From NCBI GenBank assembly GCA_963756755.1, contig CAVWOW010000019.1:23916-87915 (forward strand): a DNA stretch of 64,000 nt, in the 5' to 3' direction. Below the pieces are notes generated by a model. It saw only the letters and a list, made by a program, of their open reading frames with translations, was not told the DNA's origin and made no database searches. This DNA is from an uncultured Gammaproteobacteria bacterium (GTDB lineage Bacteria; Pseudomonadota; Gammaproteobacteria; Steroidobacterales; Steroidobacteraceae). This document shows, piece by piece, positions 30,806-41,747 of the stretch. Position 1 is the stretch's first letter. Every line of letters begins with the position of its first letter. The position numbers were made by a program, and so were the translations under genes.

Positions 30806-31921
30806 TCAGGATCGCACACCGATCTGTCGCAACCAGCCCAGGATCGTCTCGATCACCGGGGCTGCTGCCTCGACGCCGCCCCGCTCCTGGTGGGCGTCAC
30901 GACGGGTCGCATAGCGCATGAAGTGATGATCGAGCCCGGGCACGATCTGCAGCGTGGCGGCCCCCGGCCGTCGGTGGTTGACGACGTCAGCGATCAGGCC
31001 GACGGCGTCGCGGCTCTCGAACCAGTCGTATTCGCCATACAGTGCGAGCACCGGGCTGCGCACACGCGCCCACGCCCCGGCCCAGTTCTGTCGCTGCGCC
31101 TGCTGGTGGAACGCGAACGGGCGGCCGTAGTGACCGTCGCCGCTCGTGCCGACGAGGCGCGACCAGACCTTGCCGAGCTCCGGATCGCGTCGCCCGATGT
31201 CGGCCGGTACCTGCCCATCGATCAGGTACTTAGTGAGAAAAGCTGCGCGCGAACTCACCTCGGCGGTCAGCATCGCAGGATCGGTATCGCCCAGCTCCAG
31301 CCCATTGCGCTCGAACCGCAGCGTGCGCTCGTACCAGGTCGTGGCGCCGCCACCCCACACCACGACGCCGGCGACGTCCTGGTCGGCTGCGATCAGCGGG
31401 GCCATGTTCGCGCCCATGCTGGCGCCGAAAACGACGACGCGCCGCGGGTCGACGTCGGGCCGCGCCAGGAGTTGCCGGAACGCGGCGCGGTGGTGGGCGA
31501 GCTCCGTCTCGTAATCGAGCGCCGAGCACGCCGGACCCTGGCTGTCGCCGACGCCCGCCTTGTCGACGCGCTGCCAGAGCACGCCCGATCGTGTGACCAG
31601 CTCCCGCAGCATCGTCGACCAGCCGTCGCGGGCGTCCGGGCTGAGCTCGATCGTGTCGCAGGACAGCCACTGCACGTAGAGGACCGCGGGCAGCCGGCCG
31701 GTCGCCCCGGAAGGGCGCGTGACGATGGTGCGCAGCCGTGCACCGTCTGGCGTTTTCAGTTCGCCGAACTCGGTGTCGACTCCGGGCAGTGCCTCGAGCG
31801 GGCGATCGCCGGTCCTGGGCAGGTCGCCGACCATGCGCGCCTCGGATTCGGCCGGTGGTGGTGAGAAAGCAAGCAGTAGGAGCAGCCAGACGCAGAGGAC
31901 CAGCCGGGCAGAGAGTGTCAT
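30806..31921 (-). CDS. Secreted alpha/beta hydrolase (S9/dienelactone-hydrolase-like)
   Basis: Start at MTLSARLVLCVWLLLLLAF (signal peptide). GASMG nucleophile elbow and a C-terminal GLDHHF histidine motif. Confidence 0.75.
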   Translation of the reverse strand: MTLSARLVLCVWLLLLLAFSPPPAESEARMVGDLPRTGDRPLEALPGVDTEFGELKTPDGARLRTIVTRPSGATGRLPAVLYVQWLSCDTIELSPDARDGWSTMLRELVTRSGVLWQRVDKAGVGDSQGPACSALDYETELAHHRAAFRQLLARPDVDPRRVVVFGASMGANMAPLIAADQDVAGVVVWGGGATTWYERTLRFERNGLELGDTDPAMLTAEVSSRAAFLTKYLIDGQVPADIGRRDPELGKVWSRLVGTSGDGHYGRPFAFHQQAQRQNWAGAWARVRSPVLALYGEYDWFESRDAVGLIADVVNHRRPGAATLQIVPGLDHHFMRYATRRDAHQERGGVEAAAPVIETILGWLRQIGVRS

Positions 31922-32049
31922 CGTAGCTTCCTCTCGCGTGATCGATTGGTCGGCATGCGCCGACGACAAGGCTCACGGTAGGTCAGCAGGCGGGCGGGAC
32001 GCTCGCCGAACCCGGACAGAGTCTGGCCGATTTCGAAAACGACGACGGG

Positions 32050-33161
32050 TCAGCGCGGCGAGGGCTGGGTCGGAACGCCTGGGTGGACGTCGCGCACGAC
32101 CGCGTCGGTGGTCTCGCGCCGATATTCGCTGGGTGTGACGCCGAATCGCTCGCGGAAGGCGCGGTTGAACGGGCCGATCGAGCCGTAACCGACGTCGAGC
32201 GCGATCGTGAGCACGGGGAGACGCCGGGTCGCCGGGTCGCGCAATCGTACCGCCGCCTCGCGTAACCGGTGTGTGTGCAGGAAATCGTTGAAGTTGCGGA
32301 ACCCCAGTCCACGGTTGATGACCCGACGCAGCACGTGCTCCTGCGTGCCGAGCAGTTCCGCGAGCGCACGCGATGCTGAGCCCCGCGTGTGCGTACAAGC
32401 GATCGGACGCGAAGCGGCGCGTGAGCCGTTCGAGCACGCGTTGTTCCTGCAGGGTCAGGGATTCCGCGGCGGATGACGACGGTGCGACGAGCTCGAGCCA
32501 GTTGATCACCCTGATCCGCAGGAAGCTGAGTAATGCCAGGCCCGCGAGCAGAACGATGATGGCGAGGTTCGCGACGACCAGGGGCTCCGGCGTGGACCGC
32601 CCAGCGAGGCCGGCCCAGGCTTGCACGACCACGACCGCCGCGAGATAGATCGAAACCGCCGGCACGAACCACGCGCGGATGCGACGACGACGCTCGTCGA
32701 GGTCGGCACGCCCGCCTGCCTGCACCGCAAGCGGCCCGAGTGCCACGAACGCGAGCGATGCGGCCCCAAAGGCCACACCGATCCCGTTCACGAGCTCCGG
32801 CGACGCGCCCGGACAATGGCGGTTGCACCAGCGCCTGGTACAACACCCCGACCACCGCCATCGCGACCAGGCACAGGACGTGACCGCGGCTCAGGCGGAA
32901 ACCGTCCGCAAAGAGAGCGGCGCAGAGTAGCCAGAACCACACCGGGTGCGTGGCACAGAGCGCCGTGAGCGGATAGACGATCGTGCCGAGCACGTGCGCG
33001 GCGCCTGGCATCGACGTCAACATGAAGGCAGCGACGCTCACACACAAGGCCGCACCGATGCGCGCCGTCTGGTCGCGTCGTCGCGTACCCAGCAGGATGA
33101 CGGCGAGCGCGACGAGCTCCACCACCCCGAGCGTCCGCAGGATCACTTCCAGCGTGGACAT
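32050..33161 (-). pseudogene. Membrane-anchored AraC-family transcriptional regulator, two frame breaks (about 32810 and 32372)
   Basis: The N-terminal multi-TM region comes from ORFs 31983..33161 and 31973..32791. This runs into ...RLYAHAGLSIA|ALAELLGTQEHVLRRVINRGLGFRNFNDFLHTHRL...IALDVGYGSIGPFNRAFRERFGVTPSEYRR (ORF 32050..32334). Length 1112 nt = 3n+2. Confidence 0.75.
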
Positions 33162-33170
33162 GCCGATACT

Positions 33171-34641
33171 CTACTCGCGACGCGGCGCGGGCAGTATCGC
33201 TCCGAGCATCCACGCGCCGACGATCGTCGCGCCGACTACGACGCCGCGTACGCCGGCGCCGCCGGCCGCGGCGATGCCACCGAGTGTCAGGTAGGCGATG
33301 CCGGCGCTGACGAGCGCGGCGCCGGCCAGGATGCGCGGCGCCGACGGACGAAAGCTGGCGGGCGGCGGCGATGCGCGCTCGAACCGCCCGACCAGCGGCA
33401 GCAGCAACGCCATCCCGGCCGCGAGCGCCGCGAGCCACGGGATGCGCGCGAGCCACCACGCCTCGGCCCCCGGGGGGAATCGCAAACCGATGCCGCCGGC
33501 GAGCTTCGCGAGCCCGACGAGGAGCGCCAGCACGGTGAGGTGCCACAGGTACACCGTCATGATCGTGCCGTTGACGAGCACCGTGGCGGCCCATACGCGG
33601 GAGCGGTCGAGCAGCCGGCGCATCGGGCCCTCGAGCGCAAGCACCAGGCCGGTCTGCGCGGCACCGAGCGCAAGCAGCAGCACGTCGGGCGGGAGGGTGT
33701 TGGATACTTCCTCGCCGGGCACGCCCACCATGCTGATCGGATAGGGGCCGTAGCGGGTCAGCGCGATCCACGCGAGCACGCCGCCCGCGAGCCAGGGCAG
33801 GGCATGACGCGGGCCAGCGAGTCGACCGTCGCGCCACAGGTATCCGAGCTGGTGCATCGCAACCCAGACGAAGAGGTAGTTGACCCAGCCGACCGCCGGA
33901 CGGTGCCCGTCGTGGAAGCGCAGCACGTCGACGACGACGGCGAGCACGACCAGTGCCCAGTACGACCAGATGCCGAAGCGCGTCCACGCCGCGCGGGTGA
34001 TCGGCACGAGCAGCACGACCAGCAGATACACGGCGAGAAACCACATCGGCACGAGCGCCAGGATCGAGCCCTGGCGGATGATGTCGTAGCTCACGCCGAA
34101 GAGGCGGAACACGAACGCCAGCGCGGCCCAGGCGAGGATCAGCGGCACGATCGGACCGATCAGCCGCCGCGCCCGACCGGCGATCCATGCGCCATACGGT
34201 GTGCCGGCGCGTTGCGCAGCGTCCCAGGACGCGGCGTTCGAGTAGCCGCCGACGAGGAAGAACACCGGCATGACCTGGAACAGCAAGCGTGAGCCACTGC
34301 GTCCAGGGTTGTACGGCGAGCATGTGATCCAGTCGCAGCCGGCCGTCGTCAATCCATGGCGCGGCGATGATCCAGTGGCCGAGCACGACCGCGCCGATGG
34401 ACACGGCGCGCAGGAAATCGACGTAGCGGTTGCGTGAGGGCGGCGTCTGCGCCGCGGCAGTCAGTGCGCGAGACCAGGCTGACACGTGATCTCCCCGGAG
34501 CCCGCGCGAGTCTCGCGGACCGACGACACGCCGGTCAAGCAATCGGACGGATGACGGGTCACTCAGTGGTCTGTACTCGATGTCGATCGTGTAGAGGCGG
34601 ATCTGTCGCTCGGCACGCGCGGCTGAAAAGTACTCGATCAC
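33171..34641 (-). pseudogene. Acyltransferase-3 family membrane protein, one frame break near 34295; start uncertain (GTG 34641 or GTG 34485)
   Basis: RNRYVDFLRAVSIGAVVLGHWIIAAPW...QPWTQWLT|LLFQVMPVFFLVGGYSNAASW, followed by about 8 more TM segments (ORF 33171..34352). Length 1471 nt = 3n+1. Confidence 0.7.
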
Positions 34642-35465
34642 GTACGGGCGACCATCGCGGATTGGTGCAGCGTCCGGAGAGTGTGCGTGATCAGCCGGAC
34701 ACCGGAGCCATCGGCATTCATGACATGAATGCTGGCGTCCTCATCGCTCTCCCGGGCAAAGACGATGCGCCTGCCATCGCGGGACCAGGCGGGCCAGCCG
34801 TCGAATGCCGGATGCTGCGTGAGGTTCGTCAGGCCCGAGCCGTCGGCCGCCATGACGAAGATCTCCGAGTTTCCGTCGGCGAGCTGCTTGCGGAACAGAA
34901 GGCGCGAGCCGTCAGGTGACCAGGACGCGTACGTTGCGATGCCGCCGCGTGTGACCTGCCGCACATCGGAACCGTCGGGTCGCATCGTGAACAGCTCGAA
35001 GGTATCGGGATCGCCGGCCGTCGTGCTGTTCCTGGAGGAGTTCCAGAGGATCGACGAACCGTCGGGCGACCACGCGGGATGAATATCGATACCCGGGTCC
35101 TGCGTGAGGCGGACCTGCTCAGTGCCGTCCACCTTCATGACGTAGATTTCCGGGTTGCCATCCCGTGTCGCGACGAACGCGATGCGCGAACCGTCGGGAG
35201 ACCACGCCGGTGCGTCGTCCTCGTCCGCCCCCGTGGTGAGTTGCGTCGGCTCCGTACCGTCCGCGCGCATCCGATAGATCTTCAGCGCACCGTGGCGGTT
35301 CGAGACGAACGCGATATGTGCCCCGTCAGAGGACCAGGCGGGCTCATAGTCGATGATGCGCGAGACCGGGACGGGTTGCGTGTCCGACGCCAAGGGTGTC
35401 GCGGGCTCGCCGAACGCGACCGGACAGCCAATTGCAAGGGTCGCCAGGAGTCGCGCGATTCGCAT
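34638..35465 (-). CDS. Periplasmic PD40/WD40-like beta-propeller repeat protein (TolB-like)
   Basis: Start at MRIARLLATLAIG (signal peptide). Repeated motifs are PAWSSDGAHIAFVSNRHG, PAWSPDGSRIAFVATRDGNPEIYVM, PAWSPDGSSILWNS, ASWSPDGSRLLF and PAWSRDGRRIVF. Confidence 0.8.
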   Translation of the reverse strand: MRIARLLATLAIGCPVAFGEPATPLASDTQPVPVSRIIDYEPAWSSDGAHIAFVSNRHGALKIYRMRADGTEPTQLTTGADEDDAPAWSPDGSRIAFVATRDGNPEIYVMKVDGTEQVRLTQDPGIDIHPAWSPDGSSILWNSSRNSTTAGDPDTFELFTMRPDGSDVRQVTRGGIATYASWSPDGSRLLFRKQLADGNSEIFVMAADGSGLTNLTQHPAFDGWPAWSRDGRRIVFARESDEDASIHVMNADGSGVRLITHTLRTLHQSAMVART

Positions 35466-35662
35466 ATCAGTGGAGCGTGCGCATCGCCTGGTTGCTCTGT
35501 CAACCGAGTTTCGACAGTGCGATGCGATCGCGCGTTCAGAAGTCGTCCCTGCTGCACCGCGGAAACCACGCCGACGCGGGCGGCGGCTTGCGACGTGCAG
35601 CATCCCGGCTCATCATCGCCCGCTCAGTAACTGGAAACCGCGAAGCGGCCGGGGAGCGCGCG

Positions 35663-36654
35663 ATGTCGTCCAAAGGGACCTGGGTAGTTGCGTCGCTCGC
35701 CATCGTGAGCTGGGGTGCGGCGGCCGCGCAATCAGCCGATCCGCTGCCATCCTGGAACAAGGGCGCGACGCGCGACCGCGTGACGGCATTCGTGCAGGCG
35801 GTGACCGACAAGAACGGCAAGGACTACGTCCCGCCCGAGGCGCGCATCGCCGTATTCGACAACGACGGCACGCTCTGGTCGGAGCAGCCGATGTACGTGC
35901 AGATGGCGTTCATGCTCGATCGCGTCAAGACGCTGGCCCCGGAGCACCCGGAGTGGAAGGACAAGCAGCCGTACAAGGCCGCGCTGGAGCAGGACTTCAA
36001 GGCGCTCGCTGCCCAGGGTGAAAAGGGCGTCATGGAACTCATGGCCGCCACGCATACCGGCATGTCGAGCGATGAGTTCAATCGGATCGCGACCGACTGG
36101 ATCTCCAGGGCCCGGCATCCGAAGTACAAGCGGCCGTATACCGAGACGGTTTACCAGCCGATGCTGGAGTTGCTCGATTACCTGCGGGACAACGGCTTCA
36201 AGACTTACATCGTCTCGGGTGGCGGCATCGACTTCATGCGGCCCTGGACCGAGAAGGTGTATGGCATCCCGCCCGAGCAGGTCGTGGGCAGCATGGGCAA
36301 GCTCGAGTTCAGGCTGGTCGACGGCAAGCCCGTGCTGATGCGGCTGCCGCAGGTCGACCACATCGACGATGGGCCCGGCAAGCCGGTCGGAATCCAGAAG
36401 TTCATCGGTCGCAAGCCGATTGCTGGCGTTCGGCAATTCCGACGGCGACCTGCAGATGCTGCAGTACGTCGCCGCCGGGCCGGGTCCACGGCTGGCCTTG
36501 ATCGTGCACCATACGGATGGCGAGCGCGAAACGGCCTACGACCGCAACTCATCGATCGGCCGAGCTCGACAAGGCGCTCGATGAGGCAACGGTGCGCAAC
36601 TGGGTCGTCGTCGACATGAAGCGGGACTGGAAGAGAGTGTTCGCGTTTCAATAG
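35663..36654 (+). pseudogene. Secreted HAD-superfamily hydrolase, paralog 1, two frame breaks (about 36421 and 36560)
   Basis: MSSKGTWVVASLAIVSWGAAAAQS signal peptide and motif I AVFDNDGTLW. The breaks read ...KFIGRKPI|LAFGNSDGDLQMLQYV...AYDRNSSIGR|LDKALDEATVRNWVVVDMKRDWKRVFAFQ. Length 992 nt = 3n+2. Confidence 0.75.
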
Positions 36655-36691
36655 GGCCGACGAGCGGGAGTGCCGCCGCTGAGTCCACGAG

Positions 36692-37816
36692 ATGCGGAAG
36701 CTCGACGAACTGGCAGCGTTGATTCAGCGTGAACGCGCAGCACTGCTGTCGCGCTGGCGGGAGCAGGTGCGGACTCTCCCCTCGGCACAGGGCCTGGACA
36801 CGCCGACGCTGAACGATCACGTGCCGGCCCTCCTGGACGAGCTGTCAGAGGCGCTTCGGATGGTCGCCGACCAGCCTATTGCGCAAGCATTGCTCGAGGG
36901 TTCTTCGCCGGCCCACGGGATGGAGCGATACCAGACCGGCTTCGATATCGTCGAGGTCGTTGCCGAATACAGCATTCTGCGTGGCTGCATACACGACCTG
37001 GCGGAGAAGAACGGCATCGCCGTCGAGGGTCAGGCGTTCCACATCCTGAACCGCGTCTTTGACGAAGCGATCGGGCTGGCCGTGCAGACCTTCGCCACGC
37101 AGCAGGCGCTCGAGTTGCAGCGTCGGCGGGATGAGTATCTTGCCTTCGTCGCGCACGACTTGCGCACGCCGCTGAACGCGATTTCGCTTGCGGCGCGAGC
37201 TCTCGAATCGTCGGGGACAACTCCGGGAACGATCCCGGCGTCGCCGATGCTGAAAGCGTTGCATCGGAACGTCCAGCAACTCACGACTCTCGTCGACCGG
37301 ATCCTCAAGGAGAACGCCAACGTCCAGACGGAGTCCGGTGTCAAGCTGGAGCGTCGCTGGCTCGATCTCTGGCCGCTGGTGCAGGCGCTGATCCACGATC
37401 TGCATCCGGTGGCCGGGACGTCCAGTACCCGACTCCTCAATCAGATACCCGCGGATCTGAGCGCCTACGCCGATGCCAGTCTGCTCAGGCGCATCTTCCA
37501 GAACCTCATCGCCAACGCGATCACGTTCACGCCGCGCGGCGAGGTCGAGATCGGGGCCAGGCAGCGCGACGGCGAAGGCGTGGAGTGCTGGGTGCGCGAC
37601 AACGGAGCCGGGATTCCGCCGGATCGCCTGGAGAGCGTGTTCGCCAAGCACGAAACCACGACGCCCGACGACGCTGGCTGCGGTCTGGGTCTCGCGATCG
37701 TCAAGACCTTCGTCGAGGCGCACGGTGGCACGGTCAGCGTGGAGAGCTCGGAAGGCGTCGGCTCGACTTTCCGCTTCACGCTGCCCGCCGGCATAGCTCA
37801 AACACAGCGGTCATGA
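36692..37816 (+). CDS. Soluble sensor histidine kinase (no TM segment, no adjacent response regulator)
   Basis: H-box AFVAHDLRTPLNAI, then the RDNGAGIP and GCGLGLAIV ATP-lid motifs. The N-terminal helical sensor region is unassigned. Confidence 0.85.
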   Translation: MRKLDELAALIQRERAALLSRWREQVRTLPSAQGLDTPTLNDHVPALLDELSEALRMVADQPIAQALLEGSSPAHGMERYQTGFDIVEVVAEYSILRGCIHDLAEKNGIAVEGQAFHILNRVFDEAIGLAVQTFATQQALELQRRRDEYLAFVAHDLRTPLNAISLAARALESSGTTPGTIPASPMLKALHRNVQQLTTLVDRILKENANVQTESGVKLERRWLDLWPLVQALIHDLHPVAGTSSTRLLNQIPADLSAYADASLLRRIFQNLIANAITFTPRGEVEIGARQRDGEGVECWVRDNGAGIPPDRLESVFAKHETTTPDDAGCGLGLAIVKTFVEAHGGTVSVESSEGVGSTFRFTLPAGIAQTQRS

Positions 37817-37946
37817 AAGTCGGCGAGGGCGCCGGACCTCCGGGAGCCGCTCGCGAATAATCGGCGCTGGCTTCGGCCGGGCCATTGCGGCAGGATAACG
37901 GACCCCGACCAGAGGACGGTTCAGATGGGCGTGCCGGGTAGCGCAC

Positions 37947-38969
37947 ATGGGTGAGGTCGTCCACTCGCGCACGCCGGGGGCGCAACCGGACGCCGCCTCG
38001 GTCGACGAGCCCGACCAGAACAGGCCGTCGGCATCGGACATGATCCGTATTCCCGGCGGCGAATTCCTGATGGGCTCCGACCGGCACTACCCGGAGGAGG
38101 CCCCGGCTCACCGCGTGCGCGTCGACGCGTTCTGGATGGACCGCACGCCGGTCACGAACCGCGAATTCCGCCGCTTCGTCGACGCAACCGGCTACGTGAC
38201 GTTCGCGGAGATCCCGCCCGATCCGAAGGACTATCCCGGCGCGCTGCCTCACATGCTGAAGGCGGGCTCGCTGGTGTTCACGCCGCCGAAGCATCCGGTC
38301 GATCTGCGCGACTGGTCGCAGTGGTGGAACTTCAAGTTCCGCGCGAACTGGCGCCGGCCGGAGGGACCGGGCAGCTCGATCCGCGGCCTCGACGAACACC
38401 CCGTCGTACACGTCGCGTTCCGCGACGCCGAGGCCTACGCGACAATGGGCCGGCAAGGAGCTGCCGACCGAAGCGGAGTGGGAGTTCGCGGCGCGCGGCG
38501 GGCTCGACGATGCCGAGTACGCCTGGGGCGATGAGTTCACGCCCGGCGGACGGCAGATGGCCAACACCTGGCAGGGCGCGTTTCCGCACGAGAACCTGAA
38601 GACCGACGGCTACGCGCGCACCTCGCCGGTGACCGCCTTTCCGCCGAACGGCTACGGGCTGTACGACATGATCGGCAACGTCTGGGAGTGGACCACCGAC
38701 TGGTATTTCCGACCGGCATGAGGTCGCAGGCGGAAAATTCATGCTGCGGCGTCGCCAAGAACCCGCGCGGCGGCCCGCGAGGACGGCAGTTACGACTCCT
38801 GCCAGCCGAACATCCGCATTCCACGCAAGGTCCTGAAGGGCGGCTCGCATCTCTGCGCGCCCAACTACTGCCGGCGCTATCGGCCTGCGGCGCGTCACGC
38901 CGAGCCGATCGACACCTCGACGAGCCACGTCGGATTCCGCTGCGTCGATTCGGGACGAGCGATCCATGA
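37947..38969 (+). pseudogene. Formylglycine-generating enzyme (FGE/SUMF1 family), at least four frame breaks; 3' end uncertain (38969-39005)
   Basis: MIRIPGGEFLMGSD...EAPAHRVRVDAFWMDRTPVTNREF...[11 protein letters not shown]|[19 protein letters not shown]...[12 protein letters not shown]|DRHEVAGGK|[14 protein letters not shown]|[56 protein letters not shown]. Each junction needs a one-base skip. Confidence 0.8.
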
Positions 38970-39479
38970 CGATCGGCGAGACCCTCCCGCAGCGCGCGCA
39001 TCCTGACCTGGTTGGCCGTCGTGCTGTCGGCCGTTCTGCTCGTGCTGGGGGGTCGCCCGGTACGGATGGTCATCCGAGGTCAATCAACGCTTCTGGACGG
39101 ACATCTTCGCCGCGCGACACGGGCCGATGACGTTCCGGTTCTACCTGCAGCCCACTGATGGCCGCGATCGCGGCCCTGCACGACGGCATCCATGACGCGC
39201 GGTCCGGGCACAAGGCGTTCTTCTGGACGGCGCGCTGGATCCGACGAAGCACGGATGGCCGGCTGCGCGAAGGGCTGCCGGTCGACCGCGCGCATCGTGC
39301 TGCTCGGGCTCAGCATGGATGTGATCTACCAGCTCAAGGTGCTGCACACTTTCTATCCGGTCGAAGCCGTGTTGATGGCGATCCTGCTGGCGGTCGTGCC
39401 GTATTTCGTGTTCCGGTGGATCGTCGAAGGCGCCTCACGCTGGTGGTTTGCCCGCCACCAGACCGGTTCGCAGGCCTGA
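38966..39479 (+). pseudogene. Conserved-looking membrane protein of unknown function (~170 aa), four frame breaks
   Basis: Reassembled by four one-base skips: [11 protein letters not shown]|[19 protein letters not shown]...|FWTDIFAARHGPMTFRFYLQPT|MAAIAALHDGIHDARSGHKAFFWTA...DGRLREGL|RSTARIVLLGLSMDVIYQLKVLHTFYPVEAVLMAILLAVVPYFVFRW. Length 514 nt = 3n+1. Confidence 0.45.
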
Positions 39480-39493
39480 TCGGGAGACCAGGA

Positions 39494-39934
39494 ATGGCAA
39501 CCGAAGACACCGCGACCGAGTTGTCGATGCGCCGGACGGGCATGTCGTTCCAGCGCACGCGCCTGAGCGCGGACCGTACCCTGATGTCGGTCATCCGTAC
39601 GTCGCTCTCGTTGATCGGGTTTCGGCTTCACGATCTTCCAGTTCTTCCAGAAACTGAAAGAGGCCGGGACGGTGACGCATGCCGGCGGCGCCGCGCAATT
39701 TTGGTGTCGTGCTGGTTGCGCTCGGCATCCTGATGCTCGTCATCGGCATCGTCTATCACGTGCTGTTCATGGTTGGCCTGCGCAAGGAACGTCACGCACA
39801 TGAAGGACGCCGGGCTGATCCATGGCGAAAGCGCATTCCCGCCATCGATGACGCTGATCACCGCGGCAATACTGCTGCTGATCGGCCTCTTTGCGATCAC
39901 GAGCATGCTCTTTGGCGGCGGGGCGTTTGGCTGA
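39494..39934 (+). pseudogene. DUF202 (YidH-like) membrane protein, three frame breaks
   Basis: MATEDTATELSMRRTGMSFQRTRLSADRTLMSVIRTSLSLIGF|GFTIFQFFQKLKEAGTVTHAGGA|ARNFGVVLVALGILMLVIGIVYHVLFMVGLRKER...|...LITAAILLLIGLFAITSMLFGGGAFG. Length 441 nt, consistent with three extra bases. Confidence 0.65.
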
Positions 39935-40015
39935 ACGCGATGCCGCGGACAGAGTCCAGATTACGAAGGCGAAAAACGCGGTCGGCAACCGACCGCCTTA
40001 CCGAAGGAGACGGTC

Positions 40016-41518
40016 ATGGCTAAGGCAGAGAAGCCGAACATCCTGTTCATCATGGGCGACGACATCGGCTGGTTCAATGTCAGCGCCTACAACCTGGGGA
40101 TCATGGGCTACAGGACGCCCAACATCGATCGCATCGCGCGGGAAGGGGCGCTCTTCACCGACTGGTACGCGCAGCAGAGCTGCACCGCCGGGCGCGCCGC
40201 TTTTCTCACCGGGCAATCGCCGATCCGCACGGGGCTGACGAAGGTCGGCCTGCCGGGCGCGGACCTGGGGCTCGGGCCGAACGATCCGTGCATCGCCCAG
40301 GTGCTGAAGGCGCAGGGCTACGCGACCGGGCAGTTCGGCAAGAACCACCTGGGCGATCGCGACGAGCATCTGCCGACCATGCACGGCTTCGACGAGTTCT
40401 TCGGCAATCTCTATCACCTGAACGCCGAGGAAGAGCCGGAGAATCCCGACTATCCGAAGGATCCGAAATTCCGCGAGAAGTTCGGGCCGCGCGGCGTGCT
40501 GAAGTGCAAGTCAGACGGCAAGGGCGGGCAGAAGATCGAGAACACCGGGCCGCTGACCCGGAAGCGGATGGAAACGATCGACGAGGAATTCCTCGAGGCG
40601 GCCAAGGATTTCATCAAGCGCCAAAACTCGGCGGGCGGGCCGTGGTTCTGTTACTTCAACAGCACGCGCATGCACGTCTTTACGCACCTGAAGAAGGAAT
40701 CGGAGGGAAAGACCGGCCTCGGCCTATATCCCGACGGCATGGTCGAGCACGACGGGCATGTCGGGCAGCTGCTCGCGCTGCTCGACGAGCTGAAAGTCGC
40801 CGACAACACGATCGTCGTCTACACCACCGACAACGGTGCCGAGTGCTTCACCTGGCCCGATGGCGGCTCGACGCCGTTCAAGGGCGAGAAGGCGACCAAC
40901 TGGGAAGGCGGTTTCCGCGTGCCGTGCGTCATCCGCTGGCCCGGCGTGATCAAGCCGGGAACGATCGTCAACGACCTGTGCGCGCACGAGGATTTCCTGC
41001 CCACGCTGGCTGCGGCAGCCGGTGACGCCGACGTCGTCGCCCGGCTGAAGAAGGGTGGCAAGGTCGGCGACAAGAGCTTCAAGGTGCACCTCGACGGCAA
41101 CAACCTGATTCCCTTCCTCAAGGGCGAGGAGAAGGAATCGCCGCGCGAGGGCTTCATGTACTGGAGCGACGACGGCGACCTGATGGCGGTGCGCGTTCGG
41201 CAGTGGAAGGTCGCCTTCCTGCAGCAGAACACCGAAAGCGACCCAAAAACGCCGCTCGGGGTCTGGCAGGGCGAGTTCACCCGGCTGCGCGCGCCCATGC
41301 TGTACAACCTGCGTGCCGATCCGTTCGAGCGCGGAACGGAGAGCATCAACTACGGCGACTGGGTGGCCCACCGGATGTTCCTGTTCGTGCCCGCGCAGGC
41401 GATCGTTGGCAAGGTACTGGAGACTTTCAAGGAGTTCCCGCCGCGCGCCAAGGCTGCGAGCTTCACCGTCGGCGACGCGATGGAGAAGATCACGACGGCG
41501 AGTGCGCACCAGAACTGA
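40016..41518 (+). CDS. Arylsulfatase, Cys-type, paralog 1; no recognisable signal peptide
   Basis: Intact 500-aa ORF. NILFIMGDDIGW metal site and the sulfatase signature SCTAGRAAFLTGQSPIRTG (C-x-A-x-R). Confidence 0.9.
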   Translation: MAKAEKPNILFIMGDDIGWFNVSAYNLGIMGYRTPNIDRIAREGALFTDWYAQQSCTAGRAAFLTGQSPIRTGLTKVGLPGADLGLGPNDPCIAQVLKAQGYATGQFGKNHLGDRDEHLPTMHGFDEFFGNLYHLNAEEEPENPDYPKDPKFREKFGPRGVLKCKSDGKGGQKIENTGPLTRKRMETIDEEFLEAAKDFIKRQNSAGGPWFCYFNSTRMHVFTHLKKESEGKTGLGLYPDGMVEHDGHVGQLLALLDELKVADNTIVVYTTDNGAECFTWPDGGSTPFKGEKATNWEGGFRVPCVIRWPGVIKPGTIVNDLCAHEDFLPTLAAAAGDADVVARLKKGGKVGDKSFKVHLDGNNLIPFLKGEEKESPREGFMYWSDDGDLMAVRVRQWKVAFLQQNTESDPKTPLGVWQGEFTRLRAPMLYNLRADPFERGTESINYGDWVAHRMFLFVPAQAIVGKVLETFKEFPPRAKAASFTVGDAMEKITTASAHQN

Positions 41519-41547
41519 TGCCGGGCAGAGCACTGGTGGGATCAGCA

Positions 41548-41576
41548 GCCGGGCGGCAGCGGCGCTGCCGCCCGGC
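41548..41576. other. GC-rich perfect hairpin between convergent genes
   Basis: GCCGGGCGGCAGC-ggc-GCTGCCGCCCGGC is a 13-bp perfect stem. There is no U tract on either side. Confidence 0.5.
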
Positions 41577-41597
41577 GCGACGAGGCTTCGCTAGCCC

Positions 41598-41747
41598 TTA
41601 CGCGCCGGACTGGTCGCGCTTGAAGTGCTCGGGAAGCATCAACCGTCGCATCTCCGGATGCCAGTTCCGGGTGATACGCCGGTACACCTCGAGTTCGGCC
41701 TCGGAGGGCGGGCGCTTGCGGAAGGGAACGACTTTGTTGTCAGTCAT
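41598..41747 (-). CDS. 49-aa hypothetical protein, below the ORF-track length cutoff
   Basis: Hand translation: MTDNKVVPFRKRPPSEAELEVYRRITRNWHPEMRRLMLPEHFKRDQSGA, stop TAA. Third-position GC is high, as in neighbouring genes. It occupies the 425-nt gap between the two sulfatase genes, on the opposite strand. Confidence 0.4.
   Translation of the reverse strand: MTDNKVVPFRKRPPSEAELEVYRRITRNWHPEMRRLMLPEHFKRDQSGA

Noticed and set aside
32788-34641. 617-aa minus-strand ORF spanning the acyltransferase and AraC regions
   Set aside because: Only its first ~115 residues (to ...QPWTQWLT) look like real protein. The remainder is out-of-frame read-through, Arg-rich, across two other genes.
41548-41576. 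Calling the GC hairpin a rho-independent terminator
   Set aside because: It has no flanking U tract on either strand, unlike the two clear terminators at 12078 and 47919. It is kept only as a structural element.
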